From assembly GCA_963787125.1 (NCBI GenBank), contig CAWBBV010000009.1:1-64000 (forward strand): DNA of 64,000 bases, written 5' to 3'. A model generated the notes under the pieces. That model worked only from the letters and a program-made list of their open reading frames with translations. It was not told where the DNA came from and ran no database searches. The position numbers and the translations under genes were made by a program. Numbering within the stretch: position 1 is the stretch's first letter; each line of letters begins with the position of its first letter. The stretch comes from an uncultured delta proteobacterium. Lineage in GTDB: Bacteria; Desulfobacterota; Desulfuromonadia; Geobacterales; DSM-12255. Below, in pieces: positions 9,275 through 18,630 of the stretch.

Positions 9275-10147
9275 ATGTCGGTCACGACCAGACTCACCCT
9301 TACTGATAATCTGCCGCTTACCTGTTCACGTTCAGGCACCTGCTGTCATGGCAAAATTGTCAGGCTGAACCCGTGGGAACTGGCGTGTCTGGCTGAAGCA
9401 AAAGGAGCTGACCCCGAGGGCGTTTCGTGATCGTTACTGCGATTTTGGTGGCATCCAGTTGCGTTTTGATGGTGCACCCGGCTGGAGACAGCAGCCGGCG
9501 TGCAGCCAGTATGTAGCCTGATTTTGGATGCAGCGTGCATTCGGGGCGCCCATTGGCCTGCCGGTTATATCCTCTTGGCCGCCAAAGGCAGGGGGAGGAG
9601 CTGTACTACATGTACCAGGGGAGGGATTTCCCCTGTCTGGACGGCTGTCCGGAAGTCCTGGATTTACCTCAATTGAGTGTTGCCGCCTACATTGAAGGAC
9701 AGGCCACGAAGCGCTTCGAAGTTGCTCAGGATGAGTATCTGGAACTGATGCAAAATTTAGCTGATAGCGCTTTCGCCCTTCTACTGGAAAGTGGTTTGGC
9801 CGAATCGGGTGACCGGCAGACATTGCGTCTCTGGCGGGAGATGGGTAAAGAGGAGCCCGAACAGTTGCAGGACCGGCTTGGTCACCGGGTGGATCGACCT
9901 GTTGATGCTCCCTGAGTTAACGGTGGGGTTAAATGATCCCGCAGATTTTTCTCGCCAGCATCACGATCTGCTCCTGTTGAAAGCTCAGGAATCATTCGGC
10001 ACACTGGACAATGTCACCGCTATCGGCAAAGCATCCGTATTGATGATGGGACTGGCGCTGCACCTTGGCCGCGGTCTGGGCGCAAATCCTCCAGAGCTGG
10101 CTGAACACTGGATCAAGACTGCCAAAGAACACGGGGCGCTTGACTAG
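9275..10147 (+). CDS. YkgJ-family cysteine-cluster protein (three +1 frameshifts near 9407, 9517 and 9882)
   Basis: CSRSGTCC, C..Y...GCSVH..RPLACRLYP; fragments join after removing one base at each break. Confidence 0.75.
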
Positions 10148-10177
10148 ACATGGATAGGAATAACCGCAGGGTGAGGG

Positions 10178-10216
10178 CAGTGCTTCACAAATAAGGGGCG
10201 GTGAAGCACTGAAAAA
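10178..10216. terminator. 11-bp stem hairpin, possible terminator
   Basis: CAGTGCTTCAC...GTGAAGCACTG followed by AAAAA. Confidence 0.4.
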
Positions 10217-10319
10217 CCAAATGCTGACCAAGTGAAGTTGCCAATCAGGAAAAGGTGAGCGTATAGTAGTCCGGCAAGCAGGGGCAGGGCAGGTCAAACT
10301 AAAATTCTGAAGGAGATTC

Positions 10320-10991
10320 ATGATGAAAATTCTTGCGATTATCGCCAGTCCGCGCGGCATTCAGGGGAACACGGGACGGCTGCTGGAGGAGGTGCTGGCT
10401 GGAGTGACTGCCTCTGGAGCTGAGGCGGAGGTGCTCTCCCTAAAAAGCCTGAACATTCAGCCGTGCGTTGCCTGCGATCACTGCCACAAGACCGGTATCT
10501 GCCCTATTAATGACGATTATGAAGCAATAAAGGAGAAACTGCTTGCCTGCGACGGTTTCATTTTAGCGAGCCCGAACTACATCTTCAGCGTCACTGCACA
10601 GCTGAAGGCGCTCTTTGACCGCTGCAACGGTCTGATTCACTGCATGGCGCTTGAAGGGAAATATGGCGCTGTGGTGGAGACTTCCGGCAGTGGAGAGGAT
10701 GCAGAAGTGCTCACCTACATGGAGCGCGTCGTCAACACGCTCGGCGCACTCTCAGTCGGCGGGGTCGGTTCGTCCATGGCCGGAATCCGGACGTTCCCTG
10801 ACGAGGTGGCGCTCTTTTCAAGAGCCGCTGCCCTAGGGAAGGAACTCACCCTTGCCATCGGCAGCAAGAAACAGTTTTCTGAGCAGACTGCTTTTCTGGA
10901 TGGGTTCGGGGCACGGATGTCCGGCCTGGTTGGATTCATGCAGGAGCAGTGGGTGTTCGAGCGGGAATTCTGGGCGAAGAAGAGACAATAA
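10320..10991 (+). CDS. Iron-sulfur flavoprotein / NADPH-dependent FMN reductase family
   Basis: ASPR..GNT, CVACDHC....C, LASPNY, QLKALFDR. Confidence 0.85.
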   Translation: MMKILAIIASPRGIQGNTGRLLEEVLAGVTASGAEAEVLSLKSLNIQPCVACDHCHKTGICPINDDYEAIKEKLLACDGFILASPNYIFSVTAQLKALFDRCNGLIHCMALEGKYGAVVETSGSGEDAEVLTYMERVVNTLGALSVGGVGSSMAGIRTFPDEVALFSRAAALGKELTLAIGSKKQFSEQTAFLDGFGARMSGLVGFMQEQWVFEREFWAKKRQ

Positions 10992-11021
10992 ATAGCGTCA
11001 CCTGTACCCAAGGAGAGAACC

Positions 11022-11516
11022 ATGAGCCTCTACGACATTACCGTCAAGACCATCGATGGGAGCAGCGGGACGCTGGCAGACTACCGCGGCCAGGCGCTTC
11101 TGATCGTCAACGTTGCCAGCAAGTGCGGCTTCACCCCCCAGTATGCGGGGCTGGAGGCGCTCTACCGCCGCTACCGGGAGCAGGGCTTCACCATTCTCGG
11201 CTTCCCCTGCGACCAGTTTTCCCATCAAGAGCCGGGGGACGAGGCAGAGATCAGGAGTTTCTGCAGTCTCACCTACGATGTCACCTTTCCTCTTTTTGCC
11301 AAGATCGAGGTCAACGGCAGCAACACCCACCCCCTTTACGCGCTCCTGAAAAAAGCGCAGCCGGGGCTTCTCGGCAGCGAATCGATCAAGTGGAACTTCA
11401 CCAAGTTTCTTGTCGACCGCAGCGGCGAGGTGTTGAAACGCTACGCGCCGCTCGATACGCCGGAGAAGATCGAGGCGGATATCCAGTCTCTCCTTGCGGC
11501 AAACACCAGCCGGTAA
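11022..11516 (+). CDS. Glutathione peroxidase (Cys type)
   Basis: NVASKCGFTPQY, GFPCDQF..QEPG, IKWNFTKFLV. Confidence 0.95.
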   Translation: MSLYDITVKTIDGSSGTLADYRGQALLIVNVASKCGFTPQYAGLEALYRRYREQGFTILGFPCDQFSHQEPGDEAEIRSFCSLTYDVTFPLFAKIEVNGSNTHPLYALLKKAQPGLLGSESIKWNFTKFLVDRSGEVLKRYAPLDTPEKIEADIQSLLAANTSR

Positions 11517-11537
11517 CTCTTAATCCTGAAAAGGCGT

Positions 11538-11633
11538 TTAGCCACGGATTACACGGATTAACACGGATGAAAAACAAGCGTAGACGTTTTTGTACAGGTT
11601 TTATCAGTGAAAATCCGTGACATCCGTGGCTAA
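11538..11633. repeat. Short palindromic element with ~9-bp subrepeats (REP/MITE-like)
   Basis: TTAGCCACGGAT/ATCCGTGGCTAA 12-bp terminal inverted repeat; three CACGGAT units on the left mirrored on the right. Confidence 0.8.
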
Positions 11634-11755
11634 TGTTTTTAATGTTTTATCGCTTCGCCAGGAAATGAAAATCTACCCGTCAGGTTCCGGTTTTACCGGC
11701 CCAAGAGGTTTTCATCTGGGCATCATCGTCTACTCAAAAACTACAAGGAACATTC

Positions 11756-12685
11756 ATGATTCATGTCAGCAACCTGACCTTTGATTACCCCGGTACCCGG
11801 GCGCTGGACGGGGTTTCCTTTGCTCTCCGTGCCGGCAGCATCACCGCTCTGGTGGGGCCCAACGGTGCCGGCAAGACGACGCTGCTCCGCTGTCTGGCAG
11901 CCCTTGAGGAGCCTTCAGGGGGGCGTATCGCCATGCAGGGCCGGGACATCCTGGCCGACCCGCGGGCTACCCACAGGCAGATCGGTTACCTGGCCGACTC
12001 CTTCGGCCTTTATGAAGAGCTGACAGTGCGGCAGTGCCTGCTGTATGCGGCCATGTCCCACGGCATCACCGCTGCACGGCAGGGCGAGGCGATTGTCCGC
12101 TCTGCCGGCCAGCTGGATCTGGCGGACCGGCTGGAGCTCAAAGCCGGAACCCTTTCCCGGGGGCAGCGGCAGCGACTGGCTATTGCCCAGGCGATTATTC
12201 ACGAACCGGTACTGCTCTTGCTGGACGAACCGGCATCGGGTCTGGATCCGGAGGCACGCCACTCACTGGCGCTCCTGTTCCGGCGGCTGCAGGCCGGTGG
12301 GATGACTCTCCTGGTCTCTTCCCACATCCTTTCCGAACTGGAGGAGTACTCCACCGACATGCTGGTGCTGCGGGGGGGGCGGATCATCGAGCATGCACCG
12401 CTGGCCACGGCGGCGCAGAGTACGACCGTGGAGCTGCGCTTTTCTGCCCCTGTTGCCGGGCTGGCGGAGATTTTAACCGGGTTTGCCGGGGTCGGGCTGT
12501 TGCAGGCGGATGAGAGCGGGGCGACTTTAAGCTGCGACACCGATCCGGCGGGACAGCATCTGCTCCTGAAGGGGCTGCTGGCCCGGGGGGTGCCGGTCTG
12601 CTCCTTCGGCGAACAGAAGCAGAATCTGCAGGATGCTTATTTACGAACAGTGAAAAACTCCGTTAGCGCGGGGGGGAAGCAATGA
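11756..12685 (+). CDS. ABC-2 type exporter ATP-binding protein
   Basis: GPNGAGKTT, LSRGQRQR, LLLDEP, SSH. Confidence 0.95.
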   Translation: MIHVSNLTFDYPGTRALDGVSFALRAGSITALVGPNGAGKTTLLRCLAALEEPSGGRIAMQGRDILADPRATHRQIGYLADSFGLYEELTVRQCLLYAAMSHGITAARQGEAIVRSAGQLDLADRLELKAGTLSRGQRQRLAIAQAIIHEPVLLLLDEPASGLDPEARHSLALLFRRLQAGGMTLLVSSHILSELEEYSTDMLVLRGGRIIEHAPLATAAQSTTVELRFSAPVAGLAEILTGFAGVGLLQADESGATLSCDTDPAGQHLLLKGLLARGVPVCSFGEQKQNLQDAYLRTVKNSVSAGGKQ

Positions 12686-14004
12686 GAACCAATCCCGAAC
12701 TGAGCCGCAATCTCTGGCTGGAGCTCAGCCCCTACCGCCTGGTCAGCATGCCGCTGATCCTGGCCGCACTCTTCTGTCTGGCGTATGTCAGTGATGATTA
12801 CAGCTTCAGCAAGACGGTGGCCAGCAGTGCGGTCGGCCTCTTTTTCGTCATCTCCCTGCTCTGGGGGACAAAGCTGGCGTCGGAAACCGTCATGAATGAG
12901 CTGCGTGACCATACCTGGGACGGTCAGCGGATGTCGGCACTAACCCCGTGGGAGCTGACCTGCGGGAAGCTGTTCGGCAGCACGGTTTACAGTTGGTACG
13001 GGGCGTTTTTCTGTCTGGCAGTCTACTGGTTTGCCGCTTCCGGCAACGACCCGTGGCGGACTCTTAAAACGTTGCTGGCGCTTATTGTTACCGGCCTTTT
13101 GGCTCATAGTGTCAGTCTGCTGGCGAGCCTGTTGGCGCTGCAGAAGGAGCGGCGCTTCAATCGGAGCCAGGCGGCGCTCCTCCTCTTTTTCGGACTGTTC
13201 AGCGCCGGGCCGTTTTTCAGCCTCATCTTCAATAAGTCGGCCGATGTCAGCTGGTACGGCGCTCAATACCCCAATCTCGATCTGCTGTTGCTCTCCCTGA
13301 TGGCCTTCGCCTCCTGGGGGGTAATCGGCGTCAATCTGCTGATGCGTCTTGAGCTGCAGATGAAGAACCTCCCCTGGATCTGGTACAGCTTTGCGCTTTT
13401 TTTGATGCTGTACCTGGCCGGATTTGCCGGCTCCAGCTCTACCGCCACTGCGCCCGGTCTGGCAATGGCCGCTCCGGTCCCTCTGGTCGCCTATTTTGTG
13501 GCGCTCGGGCTCGTTTACGCCATGGCCTTTGTGGAGCGGAAGGATTTTATCTCCCTGCAGGGTCTGCTGCGGCTGGCTGCTTCCCGGGAGTGGCTGCCTA
13601 TTCTGGAGCGGTCGCCCCGCTGGCTGCTGACCGTGCCGCTGGTTTTCCTGGCAGGACTCTGGCTGCTACTGACCGCCCGTAGCGGCACAGGGAGTCTCGC
13701 CGCCTTTGTGGCAGCAAACCTCTGCTTTCTCGGGCGGGATCTGGGGATCATGCTTTTCTGTAATCTGGGTAAAAACCGCAAGCGGGCGGATCTGCTGGCG
13801 ATTATCTGTCTGGCGCTTCTGCACGGAGTCATCCCCGCTATCTTTACCGTGATGAAAATGAACAGCGCTACTCTTCTTTTCTGGCCGCGCATCGACCTGT
13901 CGGTGCTGATGCCTTGCACAGCCGCGCTATTGGAACTGCTGTTGGTAGCCTGGCTGGTATCGTTTCGCTGGCGGCAGCGGAGTGGTCAGGGGGGGAGGTC
14001 GTGA
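12682..14004 (+). CDS. ABC exporter permease-like membrane protein
   Basis: Polytopic hydrophobic protein; ATGA overlap with the ATPase gene. Confidence 0.75.
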   Translation: MRTNPELSRNLWLELSPYRLVSMPLILAALFCLAYVSDDYSFSKTVASSAVGLFFVISLLWGTKLASETVMNELRDHTWDGQRMSALTPWELTCGKLFGSTVYSWYGAFFCLAVYWFAASGNDPWRTLKTLLALIVTGLLAHSVSLLASLLALQKERRFNRSQAALLLFFGLFSAGPFFSLIFNKSADVSWYGAQYPNLDLLLLSLMAFASWGVIGVNLLMRLELQMKNLPWIWYSFALFLMLYLAGFAGSSSTATAPGLAMAAPVPLVAYFVALGLVYAMAFVERKDFISLQGLLRLAASREWLPILERSPRWLLTVPLVFLAGLWLLLTARSGTGSLAAFVAANLCFLGRDLGIMLFCNLGKNRKRADLLAIICLALLHGVIPAIFTVMKMNSATLLFWPRIDLSVLMPCTAALLELLLVAWLVSFRWRQRSGQGGRS

Positions 14005-14054
14005 CTATGTCGGCTGGTAAAATCGCTGTTATGATGAAAATTAAAGAGGTTAAA

Positions 14055-15167
14055 ATGCGCTACCGTCTACTTGTCTTTCTGTCAATCGTACTTTGGACCG
14101 CAGCAGCAACTGCGACCGAGCTGCCCGAGCGCCTGCTGCTCAAATTCGCCTCATTCGGCGATTCGCGCCATGATGCCGCCGCCGAAGGGATTACCGCCCA
14201 GGATCTTATCTGGCTGCAGAATACCAAGGTGCTTGCCCGGATGACCCGTGAACTGCAGACGGCTAAGTCGCAGCTTCTCTTTTACAACGGCGATATGATA
14301 AACGGTTACACGGCTGAACGGAGCGTTCTGGATCGGCAGTACGCCTATTGGCGGGGGATGGTGGCGCATCTCTTTGAAAACGGAACATACGTTGTGCCGG
14401 TGCCTGGTAATCATGAAACCCAGGTGAGGTCAAGGGACGATAAGGGGCGGAGTGTCAAGCTGGCAACCGCTGCAAACGAAAATGCCTGGCGGGCGAATAT
14501 GGGGGATCTGATTCTGGATGTCGGTCGTTGGCAGGAGATCCTCGGAGGGGGAGTGGAGCATTGGGCGCAGGATAACTGCCCCCCGGTTGGCGGCGCTGAT
14601 GGCATCCGGAGCGATCAGCAGCAGCTCAGCTATTCATTTGATTTCAAGGGGATGCATTTCACGGTGGTAAATACCGATGCCGTGGGCAATGACGGCCGGG
14701 CGCCGACCGTCTGGCTGGAAAAAGATCTGGCTAAGGCGGCGTCACGCGGAGTAAAGCAGTTTTTTATCTTCGGCCATCGTCCCGCGTATACTTACCGCTT
14801 TTCAGCCGCCGCTGAGACGGTGGGACTTGATCTCTTTCCTGACAATCAGAAAGCTTTCTGGGGTCTGGTGGAACGCTACCGGGCCGTCTATTTTTGCGGT
14901 CACGAGCATATCTTCAACCTGATGCAGCCGACGGCCTCTTCGGGTGGGAGCAGCTGGCAGGTGCTGGTCGGTTCCGGCGGTTCACCGTTTGACGCCCGCC
15001 GGGGGGAGAGTAAAAACCCTGAAGACAGAGTCTATGCCTGGGCCGAGGTCAGCGTCTACTCAAGCGGCAGAGTCCAGCTGGATGCCTATGGTTTTGACGA
15101 GTTCTTCGGTCCGACCCGGCTACTCAAAAGTCTGGAAATAAGCCCGGCAGCTACTTTTTCCCGGTAG
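14055..15167 (+). CDS. Exported calcineurin-like metallophosphoesterase
   Basis: GDSR, GDM, GNHE, GH.P and GHEH motifs; signal peptide; SD GAGG before ATG 14055. Confidence 0.85.
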   Translation: MRYRLLVFLSIVLWTAAATATELPERLLLKFASFGDSRHDAAAEGITAQDLIWLQNTKVLARMTRELQTAKSQLLFYNGDMINGYTAERSVLDRQYAYWRGMVAHLFENGTYVVPVPGNHETQVRSRDDKGRSVKLATAANENAWRANMGDLILDVGRWQEILGGGVEHWAQDNCPPVGGADGIRSDQQQLSYSFDFKGMHFTVVNTDAVGNDGRAPTVWLEKDLAKAASRGVKQFFIFGHRPAYTYRFSAAAETVGLDLFPDNQKAFWGLVERYRAVYFCGHEHIFNLMQPTASSGGSSWQVLVGSGGSPFDARRGESKNPEDRVYAWAEVSVYSSGRVQLDAYGFDEFFGPTRLLKSLEISPAATFSR

Positions 15168-15891
15168 CAATCACCAGCAGCATCTCGTCCAGGATGTCGT
15201 CAGCCGTAAAGCGGACGTCGTGGATCTCCTTGAAGCCTTCATCCGCTGTGCGGTAAAGCTCGCGGATAGCGTCCATGTTCTCTTGCGGAATGGCGCCGTT
15301 GTCGATCCATTTATTCACTGACTCATCGGACAGGTATTCGGTATCCTCGACGTCGCGAAAGCCTGCTGTTTCCAGCGCCGTGGCGATGTCGGCCGGCAAC
15401 AGGTAGTTACGTCTGGCCGGATTACGCAGCTTCTGAATGGCAAAGGTCAGTTCCCGGTCGGTTTCATTGTATGCTGTCAGGTGGCAGAGAGTGACCGTGC
15501 CGCCAGGCTTGAGCACCCGGTAAATCTCCGGAATTGCTTTGTCCAGTTCGGCAAACTGTAGCCCCTGGCGGCAGACAACTGCATCGAAGCTGTTGTCTGC
15601 AAAGGGGAGCTGCTCCACCGGGGCAAAGACGATCTCGTCCATGCACCCTGTCGCATGTTTGGCCATTTCCGGGCTGATGTCCAGACCGGTAACTTTTTTT
15701 ACTTTGCCATAAAATTCTTTGGCAATCAGACCGGTGCCGGTGGCAATATCCAGGACGAGTGAGTCAGCACCTGCGCCGGAAAGCTCAAAGATCGTCCGGA
15801 TCAGCTGTCGGTCTTCCACCCAGTTGGAGGAGTGATTGTATTTTTCAGCACGGTTCTTGAAGTGAATATTGGCGTTTTCCATTTTTTTCAC
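15151..15891 (-). CDS. Class I SAM-dependent methyltransferase (MT1)
   Basis: VLDIATGTG, GLDISPEM, LPFADNSFDAV, RVLKPGG. Confidence 0.9.
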   Translation of the reverse strand: MKKMENANIHFKNRAEKYNHSSNWVEDRQLIRTIFELSGAGADSLVLDIATGTGLIAKEFYGKVKKVTGLDISPEMAKHATGCMDEIVFAPVEQLPFADNSFDAVVCRQGLQFAELDKAIPEIYRVLKPGGTVTLCHLTAYNETDRELTFAIQKLRNPARRNYLLPADIATALETAGFRDVEDTEYLSDESVNKWIDNGAIPQENMDAIRELYRTADEGFKEIHDVRFTADDILDEMLLVIATGKK

Positions 15892-15999
15892 CTTTAATGG
15901 TTGAATTCAGTCTGAAATGTGTACCGTAAAGCTGTTCATCCTGTCAAATGGAATGAATTTATTGCACCCTTTAAACTGAACTGTTTGTAGCCGACACTT

Positions 16000-16758
16000 G
16001 TGATGGAGATTATGACAGCGGACCCATTCTGGCAGATAGTCATTGGCATTGTCGCCGCCCTTTTTATAGGTGTTGCCAAGGCAGGTTTCGGCGGCGGATT
16101 GGGGATTCTGGTGACCCCTCTGGCAGCGCTGGTTTACCCGTCCCATGAGGCGATCGGCATTGTACTGCCGCTGTTGATCATTGCCGACATCTTTTCGCTC
16201 TATTTTTACTGGCACAAATGGGATGCGCGCAATGTCCGCTGGCTGCTGCCAGGGGCGCTCGCCGGCATTGTTGTCGGCATCCTTTTGATCGGCAGGCTGG
16301 ATGATCACCGCCTCGGCCAGCTGATCGGCTGCATTTCGGTGAGCTTTATCGCTATCCAGTGGTTGCGGCGACTGCTCGGCGTTCGTCTGGAAGTGTATCA
16401 GCCAAAGCAGTGGCAAGGGACGCTGTTCGGCCTGGTGGCCGGGATAACCACAACTATTGCCCATGCCGCCGGTCCGGTAGTGGCACTGTTCATGATTCCG
16501 CAACACTTGCCAAAAGAGCGGTTCGTCGCCACCAGCGTGCTGATCTTTGCTCTGATCAACTGGCTCAAGCTCCCGTTTTTCCTCTGGCAGGGGCTCTGCA
16601 CCATGGAAACTTTCCGGCAGAGCCTTGTGCTGATGCCGCTGGTCCCGATGGGCGTATGGCTTGGAGTCTGGTGTAACCGGCGACTCTCCCAGACCTGGTT
16701 TGTCAGGATTATCTACGTGACCCTTTTTACGGTCGGTATGTACCTGCTGCTTAAATAA
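16000..16758 (+). CDS. TauE/SafE (TSUP) family sulfite/sulfur-compound exporter
   Basis: GVAKAGFGGG, AHAAGP; about 8 transmembrane segments. Confidence 0.85.
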   Translation: MMEIMTADPFWQIVIGIVAALFIGVAKAGFGGGLGILVTPLAALVYPSHEAIGIVLPLLIIADIFSLYFYWHKWDARNVRWLLPGALAGIVVGILLIGRLDDHRLGQLIGCISVSFIAIQWLRRLLGVRLEVYQPKQWQGTLFGLVAGITTTIAHAAGPVVALFMIPQHLPKERFVATSVLIFALINWLKLPFFLWQGLCTMETFRQSLVLMPLVPMGVWLGVWCNRRLSQTWFVRIIYVTLFTVGMYLLLK

Positions 16759-17303
16759 AATCTTCGCCCATTACTTCGCCACCCCCCCGCCAACTATTTC
16801 CTGTAAACCTTCAGAACTTTTTAAATCGTCAGCCCTCACTTTTGCAGCCCTATGCGCTGCACTGTTAGAGGCGCTCGGGAAGGAGCGTTTCAGCCGCGTC
16901 TGGTGAGACGCTGTTTACCTCTTTCTCCATTCACAATCTGGTACATGATGCCTGTGAACTGGTATACAAAAAACTGGACAATGGAAACAAAGTTATACCA
17001 GTGTGCGGTTGTATTCGTGGGCGTGTAATTATGTGCTGCCACCATAGATCAAAAGATAAACATGCTGTAATTATTGATGAAAGTGGTTGAAATGGCTAAA
17101 TATGTCCCTGCTTTACAGAAGCGGCAGTCTCGCTTGCTGCCGAAATTTGCAAAAATAATCCTGTTGACTAAAATCTACCTTGACGTCCACGAGAATTACC
17201 AATTATATATTCGTTAAACAATGTTCTACAAGTCGTACGGTTGTAAGGCGATTGGTCAACTCCATAAGAAATTATGGACAGGGGAAACCCCTCAGGAGGC
17301 TGA

Positions 17304-18539
17304 ATGACAATGAAAAAGCTACTCGCATCTTTTACACTACTGCTGGCTGTAGTTGGTGTCGGCAGAGAAGTTCAGGCGGCCAACACCTACCCTGTGGTGC
17401 TGGTGCATGGCTTCGCCGGTTTTGGCCGTGACGAGATGCTCGGCTACAATTACTGGGGCGGATTGACGGATATTCAGGAGTATCTGAAATCCCAGGGGCA
17501 TCCTACTTACACCGCAGCTGTCGGGCCGTTCAGTTCCAATTGGGATCGCGCCGTTGAACTGTACGCCCAGATTAAAGGCGGCTGTGTTGATTACGGGGCA
17601 AATCATGCTGCCAGGCATGGCCATATGCGCAAAGTCTCTACCAAGTGCTATCCGGGGTTTTATCCCCAGTGGGACGCAAACCATCCGGTTCACATCATAA
17701 GCCACAGTATGGGCGGGCAGACAGCACGGATGCTGGTGCAGCTGCTGGAATCCCCAACGCATTCAGAGGACAATACTTCAGGTGAATCCTCGCTGTTCAC
17801 CGGGGGTAAAGCCGGCTGGGTGAAGAGTGTTACAACCATCGCCACTCCCCACAACGGAACCACCCTGGCAAATGTTGTTACCAATCTGGCCCCTTTTGCC
17901 CAGCAGTTGATTGCTGAAGCGGCCACTCTGGCTAACATTATTGATCCTGGCGGCATTGTGTATGATTTTAAAATGGAGCAGTGGGGCTTAAAGCGTCAGT
18001 CGGGCGAAAGTTTCGCTTCTTATCAAGCGCGCGTCCTGGAGTCAACGCTCTTCACTAATCCTAATCTGCTGGACATCAGCGCCTATGATCTAAGCCCGGA
18101 CGGCGCAGCTGCAGAGAATGCCTGGGTTAAGACCAGCCCTAATGTTTACTATTTTTCCTTTGCCACCAATGCAACATTTACCGGTTTTTGGCCTTACTGG
18201 GAATTTCCGCGGGTAGACATGTTGCCACCTCTGCCGGTTACTGCGTATCCCTATTCGTGGCCTTTGGCTCCCGGCATGGGGAATTATACCCGCAACCAGG
18301 CGGGGCATGTTGTGATCGACAAAAGCTGGTGGCCTAACGATGGTGTTGTCAATACGGTCAGCATGAAAAATCCTTCAGGCCAGCCCGTGACGACCTACAA
18401 CGGCACAGCGCAGGTCGGCAAATGGAACTATATGGGGGTGAGCGATACATTCGATCATATGGATATTATCGGTTGGACTCTTTTCTGGGACAGCAAGCCT
18501 TTTTATCTCAATCAGGTAAACCGTTTGAAAGGCTTATAG
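17304..18539 (+). CDS. Secreted triacylglycerol lipase (family I.5/I.6-like)
   Basis: YPVVLVHGFAGFG, SSNWDRAVELYAQIKGG, SHSMGG, TPHNGT, NDGVVNT, DHMD; signal peptide. Confidence 0.9.
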   Translation: MTMKKLLASFTLLLAVVGVGREVQAANTYPVVLVHGFAGFGRDEMLGYNYWGGLTDIQEYLKSQGHPTYTAAVGPFSSNWDRAVELYAQIKGGCVDYGANHAARHGHMRKVSTKCYPGFYPQWDANHPVHIISHSMGGQTARMLVQLLESPTHSEDNTSGESSLFTGGKAGWVKSVTTIATPHNGTTLANVVTNLAPFAQQLIAEAATLANIIDPGGIVYDFKMEQWGLKRQSGESFASYQARVLESTLFTNPNLLDISAYDLSPDGAAAENAWVKTSPNVYYFSFATNATFTGFWPYWEFPRVDMLPPLPVTAYPYSWPLAPGMGNYTRNQAGHVVIDKSWWPNDGVVNTVSMKNPSGQPVTTYNGTAQVGKWNYMGVSDTFDHMDIIGWTLFWDSKPFYLNQVNRLKGL

Positions 18540-18570
18540 GCTACGGTTAACCGCAAATTTCAACCAAATG

Positions 18571-18603
18571 AAAAAAGGGGGGGCCTATGCCACCCCTTTT
18601 TTT
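18571..18603. terminator. Bidirectional rho-independent terminator
   Basis: A6-GC-rich stem-T7 between convergent genes. Confidence 0.75.
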
Positions 18604-18630
18604 ATGCCCGCAACCAGATTCCCAGCGTTT

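Noticed and set aside
9275..11516. Selenocysteine read-through in the YkgJ-like gene or the glutathione peroxidase
   Set aside because: The TGA codons in the YkgJ-like gene arise from frameshifts, and the peroxidase active-site codon is TGC.
5265..11633. CRISPR array
   Set aside because: There are no regularly spaced identical repeats with unique spacers and no cas genes.
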